From Hypanus sabinus (taxonomy: Eukaryota): a DNA stretch of 64,000 bases. The stretch is taken from NCBI RefSeq assembly GCF_030144855.1, contig NC_082728.1, positions 5,704,001 to 5,768,000 on the forward strand, in the 5' to 3' direction. Shown here one piece after another: positions 50,601 to 59,734 of this stretch; the stretch's first letter is position 1; each line of letters starts with the position of its first letter. Under the pieces are notes generated by a model. That model was not told the origin of the DNA. It searched no databases and saw only the letters and a list, made by a program, of their open reading frames with translations. The position numbers and the translations under genes are program-made.

Positions 50601-52972
50601 CAGAGTGAATGGATGATGCTTAACAGTATGCTGATCATGAAACAAGCAAAGATCTGTCACATGTTGCAGAAATTGTTAGAAAAAGCAGAGCATTAAAACA
50701 TTCCTCATTAAGAATAGACTAATCCTGGTTCTTTTCACCCCTCTGCCATGCAAAAGTAGCAGTGGGCAAGACAAGTAACTAAAATACCAAACAGTATTCA
50801 CTCTCTATAAAATCAAAATCCCATTTCCTTTCCCATTCCATTGTCACAGTTGAACCAAACACCTCTTTTAACGTCAACTTTAGACATTTTAAATCAGAAT
50901 AACAATTGGTGTAATTGGGCAGCATGCTGTAACACTGTATTTCTAAATTTAAATAAATTATTGTGTCCAGAAATAAATGAATGCAAATTAAGAAACATAT
51001 CCATTTTCATTCATCAACAAATTCATGAGGACTTGGAGGTAAATTTGCAAATTAAAAGGGATATGAACAATGACCCGCTGTAGGGCAGGGTGGGTCTGAT
51101 TTACAATGATGATACTTAGTCACATTAAATGGCTGCACCTTATTTTATTAGTCTGCATACCCAATTCCATAGCATAATTAAATGTTCTTATTTTTCACCC
51201 ACCACATGGATATTTTTATCCACTGATTGACCATATTTTAAAACTGATCATAGGATGGAGGAGATAAAATGCAAAATCTACATGTAAAGATTTGAGGCAA
51301 CACGAGTGAATCTGCTGATGCTGGAAATAAAAACACAAAATGCTGGCAGAACTCAGCAGGCCAGCATTTTGTGTTTTTGTAAAGATTTAAGGATGTGTTT
51401 ATTCAGTAACACTAGATTTACAATTCAAATATCTATGACAATGACACTAAGTCAATTTGAACATTATCAGTTTGATTGCGTCAGTAAATAAAACAGAACT
51501 TACCTGCATACAGTGAATTGCAAGTCCAGGACCTGTATATAATTTTTTGTGGCAAATATGACATTTGAAATGTTTTGCTTTCTGGTGCTGAATAAGAATC
51601 TTCTCATCATCAAAGTCCCTGTTGCAGTACCTAAACAGCTGCAGTTAAGGAAAAAAGCCCGCCTGCTCTTAAAGGTACCAACACCAAGCACTACAAACTT
51701 GCTTGACTACTGTGAACTGTAGTTAAACATTTAAAAATATATAAGGAATACACTTTTTGCCATAAGAATGGTAAATATCACCATTGGAGAGTGTGGAACC
51801 AGCTACCAGTGCTTGCAAGCTTGATTTCACGTTAAAGAGAAATTTGGATAAGTATGGGAAATCCTCCAGATTAATAAATGTTTTATTTTGTCATCCTTGA
51901 GTGAACTGACTCCTTTAATACTTAACGGCTCTGTGATTCTCCCTGATACCCTGGGGTCCACTCATTGCAGGTCAATAGGAATCAGAAGTTTAAATGGTTT
52001 AACAGACTTGAAATGGCTGAAGGGTCTATGACTTCTAAATAGTTGATTACACAAAAGGCAATGATTGGATCACTCCTAATCCTATTTATTTATTTAAAAG
52101 CAAGATTTTTTTTGGTCATCGCTTAATCTTCATTAATCAAACTAAAAATCACTTCACCTCAATTTTTGAGAAGTAGAAAATATTCACTAGTCCTACAAGA
52201 GACATTTCAAAATCTGACAGGTGAAAGTTGATCCCAGGGTACCAGAGAGAACCACAGAACTATTAAATATTAAAGGAGGCAATTTACTTACAGACTCAAG
52301 GTTGACAAAAAAAAAATTATCTATATCAGGACACACAAGAGTCTTGGGTGTGGTGCCGGAAATCTGGAGCAACACATAAAACGCGGAGGAACACAGCGGG
52401 TCAGGCAGCATCTGTGGAAGGAAATGGACATTCAACGTCTGAAGAAGATCGATTTTCAGTCCATTTCCCCCCATCCGCTGAGTTCATCCCAGCGCTTTAT
52501 GTGTCATCTACACCAGGTAGGTGGAGAGCAGCCAGACCACATGGTAGACGTTAATAAGCTCTTCTTTCACCTTCACCAGTCAAGGACACGCTAAGAAATC
52601 CTCCACAGGGCAGGAAAACCTGTCACCATTTTATCGGGGCTGCTTGGCCCCACAGACGCACATGGTCAGAAAGGTGTAATAAAATAACAATGTTTAAAAA
52701 ATACATTTTTAAAAGTGCAGCTAAAGTTAACAGTCAGAGGTCCAGCCACAGATATTTTACAACAGTAAGGGTACCCACCCTCCCCTGCCTACTCCAGGCC
52801 CAGACTGATGTCGCCCTCGGCGCCAGCGCCGACCCGCCGCCCTTTGTCCACCCACTCGGCCAGCCGACGCGCTCCTAATGGCGGCCCCAGCCCGCCTCAA
52901 ACCCACAGCACATAAAGCATCGCAAGGATACCAGCACCACGGCTTCATCTGCTTCTTCTTCTTACGGCCCAT
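35504..52972 (-). CDS. ZNF207: BUB3-interacting GLEBS-motif zinc-finger protein ZNF207/BuGZ, complete, 485 aa. Exons 52972-52932, 51630-51504, 48774-48636, 46964-46791, 45985-45910, 41314-41244, 39885-39737, 38777-38673, 37896-37654, 37498-37336, 35673-35504
   Basis: [60 protein letters not shown] (two zinc fingers), Pro/Met/Gly-rich low-complexity region, GLEBS motif [15 protein letters not shown]-terminus MSQGGRY*. Exon lengths sum to 1458 nt in frame. Confidence 0.97.
36455..36770 (+). mobile_element. tRNA-derived SINE
   Basis: ggtggcacagttgtgtagc head, gatgtacatgtgacaaataaag tail, then poly-A. Confidence 0.7.
37336..37498 (-). CDS. ZNF207: ZNF207 penultimate exon (163 nt)
   Basis: cttcag|GAGGAA...CCAG|gttgaa; [16 protein letters not shown]... 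Confidence 0.93.
37654..37896 (-). CDS. ZNF207: ZNF207 exon (243 nt), first half of GLEBS motif
   Basis: caacag|AGCCAG...TCATTG|gtaagt; ...PPKPTFPAY...[12 protein letters not shown]. Confidence 0.95.
38673..38777 (-). CDS. ZNF207: ZNF207 Ser/Thr-rich cassette-type exon (105 nt)
   Basis: cttcag|ATGGGG...GCACAA|gtacgc; [35 protein letters not shown]; phase 0-0, resembles the mammalian alternative exon 9. Confidence 0.9.
38955..39675 (-). mobile_element. CR1 3' fragment in a ZNF207 intron
   Basis: Same 3' UTR as the 1-1575 copy (ggctaaagaaattcctc). Confidence 0.75.
39737..39885 (-). CDS. ZNF207: ZNF207 exon (149 nt)
   Basis: ctgtag|GTATGCC...GGGCAA|gtaagt; MPPPVPRPG...[10 protein letters not shown]. 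Confidence 0.95.
41244..41314 (-). CDS. ZNF207: ZNF207 exon (71 nt)
   Basis: tcacag|AATGATG...CCTG|gtgggt; [23 protein letters not shown]. Confidence 0.93.
41455..42780 (-). mobile_element. Rex1/Babar-like LINE fragment
   Basis: [15 protein letters not shown]; cctgatggga..gggaaaagag motif; 3' tail tgtcacatatactgaggtacagtg. Confidence 0.65.
43670..45860 (-). mobile_element. CR1 LINE (2.2 kb) in ZNF207 intron 5, same orientation as the gene
   Basis: [44 protein letters not shown]. Confidence 0.92.
45910..45985 (-). CDS. ZNF207: ZNF207 exon 5 (76 nt)
   Basis: ttgcag|GAGTG...CCAGG|gtcagt; [24 protein letters not shown]. Confidence 0.93.
46325..46655 (+). mobile_element. Penelope-like pseudo-LTR fragment
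   Basis: ttccagtcctgatga...ctccatagatgctgcctgacctgctgagttcc. Confidence 0.7.
46791..46964 (-). CDS. ZNF207: ZNF207 exon 4 (174 nt)
   Basis: caccag|CTGAAAG...CCAG|gtgagt; [19 protein letters not shown]...APGAPGIPP. Confidence 0.93.
48636..48774 (-). CDS. ZNF207: ZNF207 exon 3 (139 nt)
   Basis: ttgtag|GTTCAC...CAAG|gtaaat; [46 protein letters not shown]. Confidence 0.97.
49619..50347 (-). mobile_element. Tigger/pogo-type DNA transposon (internally deleted) with TIRs and TA TSD
   Basis: TA-CAGTCGGCCCTCCTTATCC...GGATAAGGAGAGCTGACTG-TA; CENP-B-like [33 protein letters not shown]. Confidence 0.88.
51504..51630 (-). CDS. ZNF207: ZNF207 exon 2 (127 nt)
   Basis: tttag|GTACTGC...ATGCAG|gtaagt; [42 protein letters not shown]. 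Confidence 0.97.
51631..52931 (-). other. ZNF207: U12-type (minor spliceosome) GT-AG intron 1 of ZNF207
   Basis: 5' splice site GTATCCTT (52931-52924); branch site TTTTCCTTAAC (about 51654-51644) ends 13 nt before the exon 2 boundary; no polypyrimidine tract between branch site and AG. Confidence 0.93.
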
Positions 52973-53190
52973 CCTGAGGAGGGAGTTCTGGTGTTTAAGC
53001 GACGGCGGAGGCGGACAGGAATCAGACGAAGTCGATCTCAACGCCGGAGACGACAACACCGCAGCAACAACACAACAAAATGGCGCCGTGCCGCGGCTCG
53101 GATCCCACTTCGCAACATCCGCCCTCGGGATTGGCTGCTCGACGGAGCAGTATCCTAGGCCGCGGGAGGGGGAGGGGCGGAGAGGAGGCA
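52780..53190 (-). promoter_or_regulatory. ZNF207 CpG-island promoter / 5' UTR with YY1, CCAAT and GC boxes
   Basis: Dense CpG; CAAAATGGCGCC (YY1-like) 53076-53087; AGCCAATC 53136-53129; GGGGCGGAG 53174-53182; second YY1-like AATGGCGGC near 52877. Confidence 0.8.
52932..52972 (-). CDS. ZNF207: ZNF207 coding exon 1 (41 nt)
   Basis: ATGGGCCGTAAGAAG...TGCTG|gtatcctt; [13 protein letters not shown](W). Confidence 0.97.
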
Positions 53191-53575
53191 GGAGAAGAGG
53201 GTGAGGGGAGGTGAAAGGGGTGAGTGGAAGAGGGTAAGGGGAGGTGAAAGGGGTGAAGGGAAGAGGGTAAGGGGAGGTGAAAAGGGTGAGGGGAAGTGAA
53301 AAAAGGGGATGGGGAAGTGAAATGAGTGAGGGGAAGAAGGGTTGGGGAGGAGGGAGAGGATGGGGAAGAGGGGGTAGTGGAGGAGGGAGAGGATGGGGAA
53401 GAGGGGGTAGTGGAGGAGGGAGAGGAAGAGGGGGTAGTGGAGGAGGGAGAGGAAGAGGGGGTAGTGGAGGAGGGAGAGGAAGAGGGGGTAGTGGAGGAGG
53501 GAGAGGAAGGGGAAGAGGGAGTAGGGTGAGGAAGGTAAAGGGAAGGAAGGGCAGGTGGGAGAGGAAGGACAAGAT
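53165..53575. repeat. Polypurine tract with 27-bp tandem repeats upstream of ZNF207
   Basis: GGAAGAGGGGGTAGTGGAGGAGGGAGA, 5 copies (about 53364-53504), within an almost C-free tract. Confidence 0.9.
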
Positions 53576-54391
53576 GGGTGTTCCTGTGTTTGAGGGTTTT
53601 TTGATGATGGATTTTGCCTACTGTAATTATATATAGGGTTGTGGTGAGACCACACCTGGAGTATTATGTGTGGATCAGTTCTAAGGAAAGAATGTCCTGA
53701 TTCTTGTTCCTAGAATTAGGGATTCTGATTTGCAAACTGGGTATAAGGTCACGTTTCGTACTTCCTGTGAGGCCTGATGAATAGATTGAAGGATGACGTT
53801 CCCTGACTGTTGTGAGTGCCACTTGTCACTGTCTCAAAATAAGGATCAGCCATTCAATTTCTAGTTTAATTAACATTTGACCATTCATGAATATAGCCAA
53901 ACGAAATAGCCCAAGGCCAAGGTGCAAAACACATTACCAACAGCACATAGCACAAGTAGCATGTATGTGTACGATTTCAGCAAAACATGTAGTCCACAAA
54001 GAAAAAATATATAGCCCAAGTTTCTGAGTGGCATGACTGCAGCTTGTTTATCCACAATGCGAACACTGGAGGGAGGCTTCCCCTCAGTGCCACAGCTCTC
54101 CTCCGTGGGGTGGCCGTAGCCTTGGCCTTGCCACAACCAAACTTCCCCAACACTGGACTTGCAGCCTTCTATGTTACCAATATCCACCAGGGTCCTGTAA
54201 TAACAGGAAAAACATCGAGGGTGATCCCTCTCTTCATTGGGCTTCATGCCTTCTTGGCACAATAGTACATGACAAGACCAGTCAACAACACAACAACGGC
54301 ATGCGATAAGTCCAGCTCCATCGCCATTGAGCAACTGACTGATGGGATAGTCCTGCAGCACTTGATGTTCTTTGTATCTAGCAGTGACTTG

Positions 54392-54775
54392 TGTAAGGAA
54401 GAAGTTAACTGATTCCCCCGTGGTATACGCTAAAATAGAATAGAAGTCTATAGGACAAAGTGCTGTTAGACGGATTGTTTTGGCAAGAGAAGCAGACCAC
54501 AGCAATGTTTTGAGAAAGTTAAGGAAGTACAAGTCTACAGCCATTTCAGTGGAAATAATGAAAAATATGTTTTTCACAGAAAAGAGTGCTCATTATGCAG
54601 GTGCAGATACCAAATGCATGGAAAAATACTAGTATAAGGAGTTTTGAAGGGTATAAAAAGGGGCATCTTGGTGCAAGGGGAAGCAACTTTTGTCCTAGGC
54701 TAGGTCACGGTTGATGCTGAGATAGGAAATGGTACATCAAGCGAGTCACAGAGAGAGGAGAGGCTGCACGAAAGT
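54392..54775 (+). mobile_element. LTR fragment of the same family as 15839-16404
   Basis: Reverse-complement similarity (gttaactg..tatacgctaaaatagaa; gggtataaaaag); starts TGTAAG. Confidence 0.7.
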
Positions 54776-55290
54776 CAGAAGTACAGGTACGTCACCATGT
54801 ACAACCCTGAGGTTCACTTTCTTGCAGCCATACCCAGTAAATCCATTAGCCATAATGGAATCAATGAAAGGCTGCACAAAAACGGCGGACAGCTCGTGTG
54901 CAAATGACAACAAACCTTGCAAATACAAAAAGAAAGGGAAAAGAAATAATAAATAAGCAATACATATCGAGAACATGAGATAAAGAGTCCTTGAAAGTGA
55001 GTCCATTAGTTGTGGGAACATTTCAGCTTTGGGGTGAGTAAAGTTGAGGAGCCTGATGGTTGAGGGGTAATACTTGTTCCTGAACCTGGTGGTGTGAGGC
55101 CTGAGGCTCCTGTACCACCTTCCTGATGGCAACAGCAAGGAGAGAACATGGCCTGGGTGGTGGTGGGGGTCTCTGATGATGGATACTGCTTCCTTGTGAC
55201 AACGCTCCATATAGATGTGCTCAATGATGGAGAGGGCTTTACCCATGATGGACTTGGCTGTACCCACTACTTTTTGTAGGATTTTCCATA
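54776..55290 (-). mobile_element. Rex1/Babar-like LINE 3' end
   Basis: LQKVVGTAKSI...DPHHHPGH...PSGRWY...HTTRFRNKYYPSTIRLLN. Confidence 0.8.
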
Positions 55291-55539
55291 CCAATACAAG
55301 CTGAATCTCCTAAGAAAGGACTGATGTGATTGCATTTGAGGGATATGGAATTGAGGCAGGAATATGGTGCATAAACTATTTTCTAAGTAGGGAGTGAGTT
55401 ATGAAATCAGGTGCAAAGGACCTTGGGAAACCTAGTGCAGGTTTTGCTAGGCCTAGTAGCTAAGGTACACGTAAAGGACCGGTGCTAGACTTGGTTGTCA
55501 GAGGCTATTTGAGACACATGCCATTGGGAGCATTTAAGA

Positions 55540-56555
55540 TCTAAGACTCAGGAGCAGAATTAGGCCATTTGGCCCTTTGAGTCTGTTCCACCATTCTGTC
55601 AGGGCTGATCCCTCTCAATCCCTTTCTCCTGCTTTCTCCCTGTAACCTTTGACACCTTGACTCTTTGGGAACCTATCAAACTTTGCTTAAAATATACCAA
55701 TGGCTTGGCCTCCATAGCCCTCTGTGGCAATGAATTCCACCAATTCACCACCCTGTGGCTGAAGAAATTCCTTCTCATCTCTGTTCTAAATGGACATCCC
55801 TCCATTTGAGGCTGTGCCCTCTGGTCCCTGACTCACCTACAATAGGAAACACCCTCTCCACATTCACTCTGTCTAGACCTTTCAGTGTACGATAGGTTTC
55901 AACGAGATCTCTCCTCGTTCTTCAAAACTCCAGCAGGTATAGACCCAGAACCATCAAACACTCCTCATGAATAAACCCTTTCCTGGAGTTACTCTCATTA
56001 ACTTCCCCTGGATCTTCTTCAATGCCAGCACATCTTTTCTTAGATGTGGAGCTCAAAACTGCTCACAATACTCCAGATGTGGTCTAACTAATATCTTATA
56101 AAGCCTCAGCATTACATCTTTTCTTTTGTATTCTAGTCCTCTTGAAATGAAAGCTGACATTGCATTTGCCTTACTGTGCAAGTTAACCTATAGGGAATCC
56201 TGTAGGAACACTCCCAATCTGTCGAGGTGCTTCTGCAGACACTGCTTGCTCAACACTACTTGCCCATCAACCTATCTTCATATCGTCCGTAAACTTGGCT
56301 ATCAATTCCTTCATCCAAATCATTGACATTCAACTTGAAAAGAAGCAGTCCCTACACAGATTCCTGTGGAATACCACTAGTCACCAGCAGCCAAACAGAA
56401 AAGGCACCCTCTACTCCCACTCTTTGCCTCCTGCCAGTCACCCCATGTTCTATCCATGTTAGTGCCCTTCTTGCAATACCTTGTTAAACAACCTCATGTG
56501 TGGCACCTTGTCAAAGACCTTCTGAAAATCCCGATGAATAACATCCACTTATCTC
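55540..56555 (-). mobile_element. CR1 3' part; related upstream CR1 sequence resumes near 57590-57900
   Basis: RNFFSHRVVNWWNSLP; ggcaccttgtcaaagaccttc. Confidence 0.8.
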
Positions 56556-56559
56556 CAAT

Positions 56560-57580
56560 GAGATCCCACCACCAAGCACATCTCTCCCCCCTAACTTTTC
56601 CTACTCTCGTCCCAAGCACCCACTACCCTACCAGGGATAGGGTTCCTTTTGTCCTCACCTACCACCCACCACCCACAGAGCACATAATTCTCCTTAACTT
56701 CCGCCATCTCCAATGGAATTCCACCACCAAACACATCTTTCCCTCCCCTCACTTTCCACAGGGATCGCTCCCTACACAACCTTATTGTCGGTTCGTCCAT
56801 CCCCACTGATCTCCCTCCTGGTAATCCCTGCAAGTGGAACAAGTACTACACCTACCTCTGCGCCTCATCCTTCGCTACCATTCAGGGCTCTAAATTGTCC
56901 TTCCAGGTGAGCTGTCACTTCACCTGTGAGTCTGTTGTGGTCACCTACTGTATCCGATGCTCCAGTACATTGGTGAGACCCGAAGTAGATTGGGAGACCG
57001 CTTCACCGAGCACCTACAGTGCATCACTAGAGAAAGCAGAATCTCCCTGTGGCCACCCACTTCAATTCTACTTCCCATTCCCATTACAGCAAGGCAGTCC
57101 ATGGCCTCCTCTACTACCACGAAAAGGCCTCACTCAGGCTGGAGGAACAACAATTTATATTCTGTCTGGGTAGCCTCTTCTAACCTGATGGCATGAACAT
57201 CAATTTCTCGAACTTTGGTAATTGTCCCTCCTCCTTCATCATTCCCCATTCCCATTTACCTCTTTCACTGGACCTCATCACCTCCTTCTGGTGCTCCTCC
57301 CCCTTCCTTTTTTTTCCATGACCTATCAGATTTCCCCTTCTCCAGCCTTTTATCGCTTTCACTGATCAACTTCCCAGCTCTTTACTTCACCCCTCCCTTT
57401 CTCCCAGTTTCACCCATCACCTAATACCTTGTACTTCTTCCTCCCCTTCCACTTACTTTCTTACTCTGAATTCTCATCTTTTTTCTCCAGTCCTGCTGAA
57501 GGGTCTCAGCCCGAAACTTTGACTGCTTTTTCTCATAGATGCTCCCTGGCCTGCTGAGTTCCTCCAGCATCTCAGATTTT
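56560..57580 (+). mobile_element. Penelope-like element: GIY-YIG endonuclease region plus terminal repeat
   Basis: FTCESVVVTYCIRCS / YIGETRSRLGDRFTEHL (GIY-YIG, frameshifted); RVPFVLTYHP; hammerhead-like motif at 57488-57525. Confidence 0.85.
57488..57525 (+). ncRNA. Degenerate minimal type-I hammerhead ribozyme motif
   Basis: CAGTC-CTGCTGA-A-GGGT CTCA GCCC-GAAAC-TTT-GACTG: stem I and stem II pair; the core and cleavage triplet carry substitutions. Confidence 0.55.
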
Positions 57581-58194
57581 CTCTTGTTTTTATTAAATTT
57601 GTCCACCATTTCTTTGTCCCCCACTCCAGTGTGATTTTCTAGAGGTCTAATATCTGTTCTCATCCTTTTTTTTTAACTCTTTATATATCTGAATAAACTT
57701 TTTGTATCCTGTTTTATATTATTGGCTAGATGACTGTTTGTTTTTAAAAGCTTCCCAATTCTCTAATTTCTCACTAATTTTTGCTTTATTCTATGCCCTC
57801 TCTTTTGCTTTTATGCTGTCGTTGACTTCCCTTGTCAGCCATAGTTGCTTCATCCTCCCTTTAAAATATTTCTTCATCTTTGGGATGTATCTTGCCTTCT
57901 AGGTGGTGGGACCTTATCCCTATTACCTCCCCCAACTTTAACAACCTATTGCATAATGTCTGTGTATGTTGCATTCCCTTGTTACTACAGGAACAAACTT
58001 CTAGGAACTGCTATCTAAACAGCACTGTGGGAGTGCCTCACTGAGCGTAACAACCCAAGCAGAGTTTTCACCACTACCTTTTTAAGAGCAATTGGACACA
58101 CGTGATAAATATCAGTCTTGTCAGAAATGCACACATTCCAGGAAGTAAAAGAAATACATTTATCTTCTATTTTCTCTCTTACCAAGAATAGAGA

Positions 58195-59355
58195 TTATAG
58201 ACAATAGACAATAGGTGCAGAAGTAGACCATTCGGCCCTTCGAGCCTGCACCGCCATTCTGAGATCATGGCTGATCAACTACTATCAATACCCGGTTCCT
58301 GCCTTGTCCCCATATCCCTTGATTCCCCTATCCATAAGATACCTATCTAGCTCCTTCTTGAAAGCATCCAGAGAATTGGCCTCCACTACCTTCTGAGGCA
58401 GTGCATTCCAGACCCCCACAACTCTCTGGGAGAAGAAGTTTTTCCTTAACTCTGTCCTAAATGACCTACCCCTTATTCTCAAACCATGCCCTCTGGTACT
58501 GGACTCTCCCAGCATCTGGAACATATTTCCTGCCTCTATCTTGTCCAATCCCTTAATAATCTTATATGTTTCAATCAGATCCCTTCTCAATCTCCTTAAT
58601 TCCAGTGTGTACAAGCCCAGTCTCTCTAACCTCTCTGTGTAAGACAGTCCAGACATCCCAGGAATTAACCTCGTGAATCTACGCTGCACTTCCTCTACAG
58701 CCAGGATGTCCTTCCTTAACCCTGGAGACCAAAACTGTACACAATACTCCAGGTGTGGTCTCACCAGGGCCCTATACAAATGCAAGAGGATTTCCTTGCT
58801 CTTCTACTCAATTCCCTTTGTAATAAAGGTCAACATTCTATTAGCCTTCTTCACTGCCTGCTGCACTTGCTCATTCACCTTCAGTGACTGATGAACAAGG
58901 ACTCCTAGATCTCTTTGTATTTCTCCCTTACCTAACTCTACACCGTTCAGATAATAATCTGCCTTCCTGTTCTTACTCCCAAAGTGGATAACCTCACACT
59001 TATTCACATTAAACGTCATCTGCCAAGTATCTGCCCACTCACCCAGCCTATCCAAGTCACCCTGAATTCTCCTAACATCCTCATCACATGTCACACTGCC
59101 ACCCAGCTTAGTATCATCAGCAAATTTGCTGATGTTATTTTCAATGCCTTCATCCAAATCGTTGACGTAAATTGTAAACAGCTGTGGTCCCAATACCGAG
59201 CCCTGTGGCACCCCACTAGTCACCACCTGCCATTCCGAGAAACACCCATTCACCGTTACCCTTTGCTTTCTATCTGCCAACCAGTTTTCTATCCATGTCA
59301 ATGTCTTCCCCCGATGCCCTGAGCTTTGATTTTACCCACCAATCTCCTATGTGGG
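58195..59355 (-). mobile_element. Young 5'-truncated CR1 LINE
   Basis: [28 protein letters not shown]; ORF2 3' part is broken only by one in-frame stop at 58804; (TCTATTG)n tail. Confidence 0.95.
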
Positions 59356-59734
59356 TGGTTTGTACATAATTCCTTTCTCTAATATCTGAAGACACATCAT
59401 GTACTATACAAATTAAACTATCAGATATAGTTTTAAAATTATTATTTTTAATCATACTCTTGCTATAGATTTGTATTATTTCCATAGAATCAGAATCACT
59501 TTATTGCTTGTACATGAAACATACCAGAACTGATTGTGGTTCAGTGCCAAGTATAACACACAGGATAATACCACAGCAAACAATACAAAAGCAACCACCA
59601 ATTTACAAGACAATAGTGCAAACAGCCATGACATGCATTTGATATTTTTCATCGTCCCTTTTGATAGACAGAGAGCTTCTCTAATATATACCACTTATTC
59701 AGTCTGTCACCAAAGACTCTAGCAAATTTCTACA

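Noticed and set aside
52975-53110. MIR632 orthologue in ZNF207 exon 1
   Set aside because: Only the short GCCATTTTG (YY1-like) motif is similar, and I could not see a convincing hairpin.
52757-53655. Pro-rich and Gly/Arg-rich ORFs (271, 166, 119 aa), including an N-terminal extension of ZNF207
   Set aside because: They are translations of the polypurine repeat and promoter; the conserved ZNF207 start is MGRKKKK at 52972.
53885-54577. 230-aa ORF
   Set aside because: It spans LTR and other repeat sequence, has no recognisable domain and no splice context.
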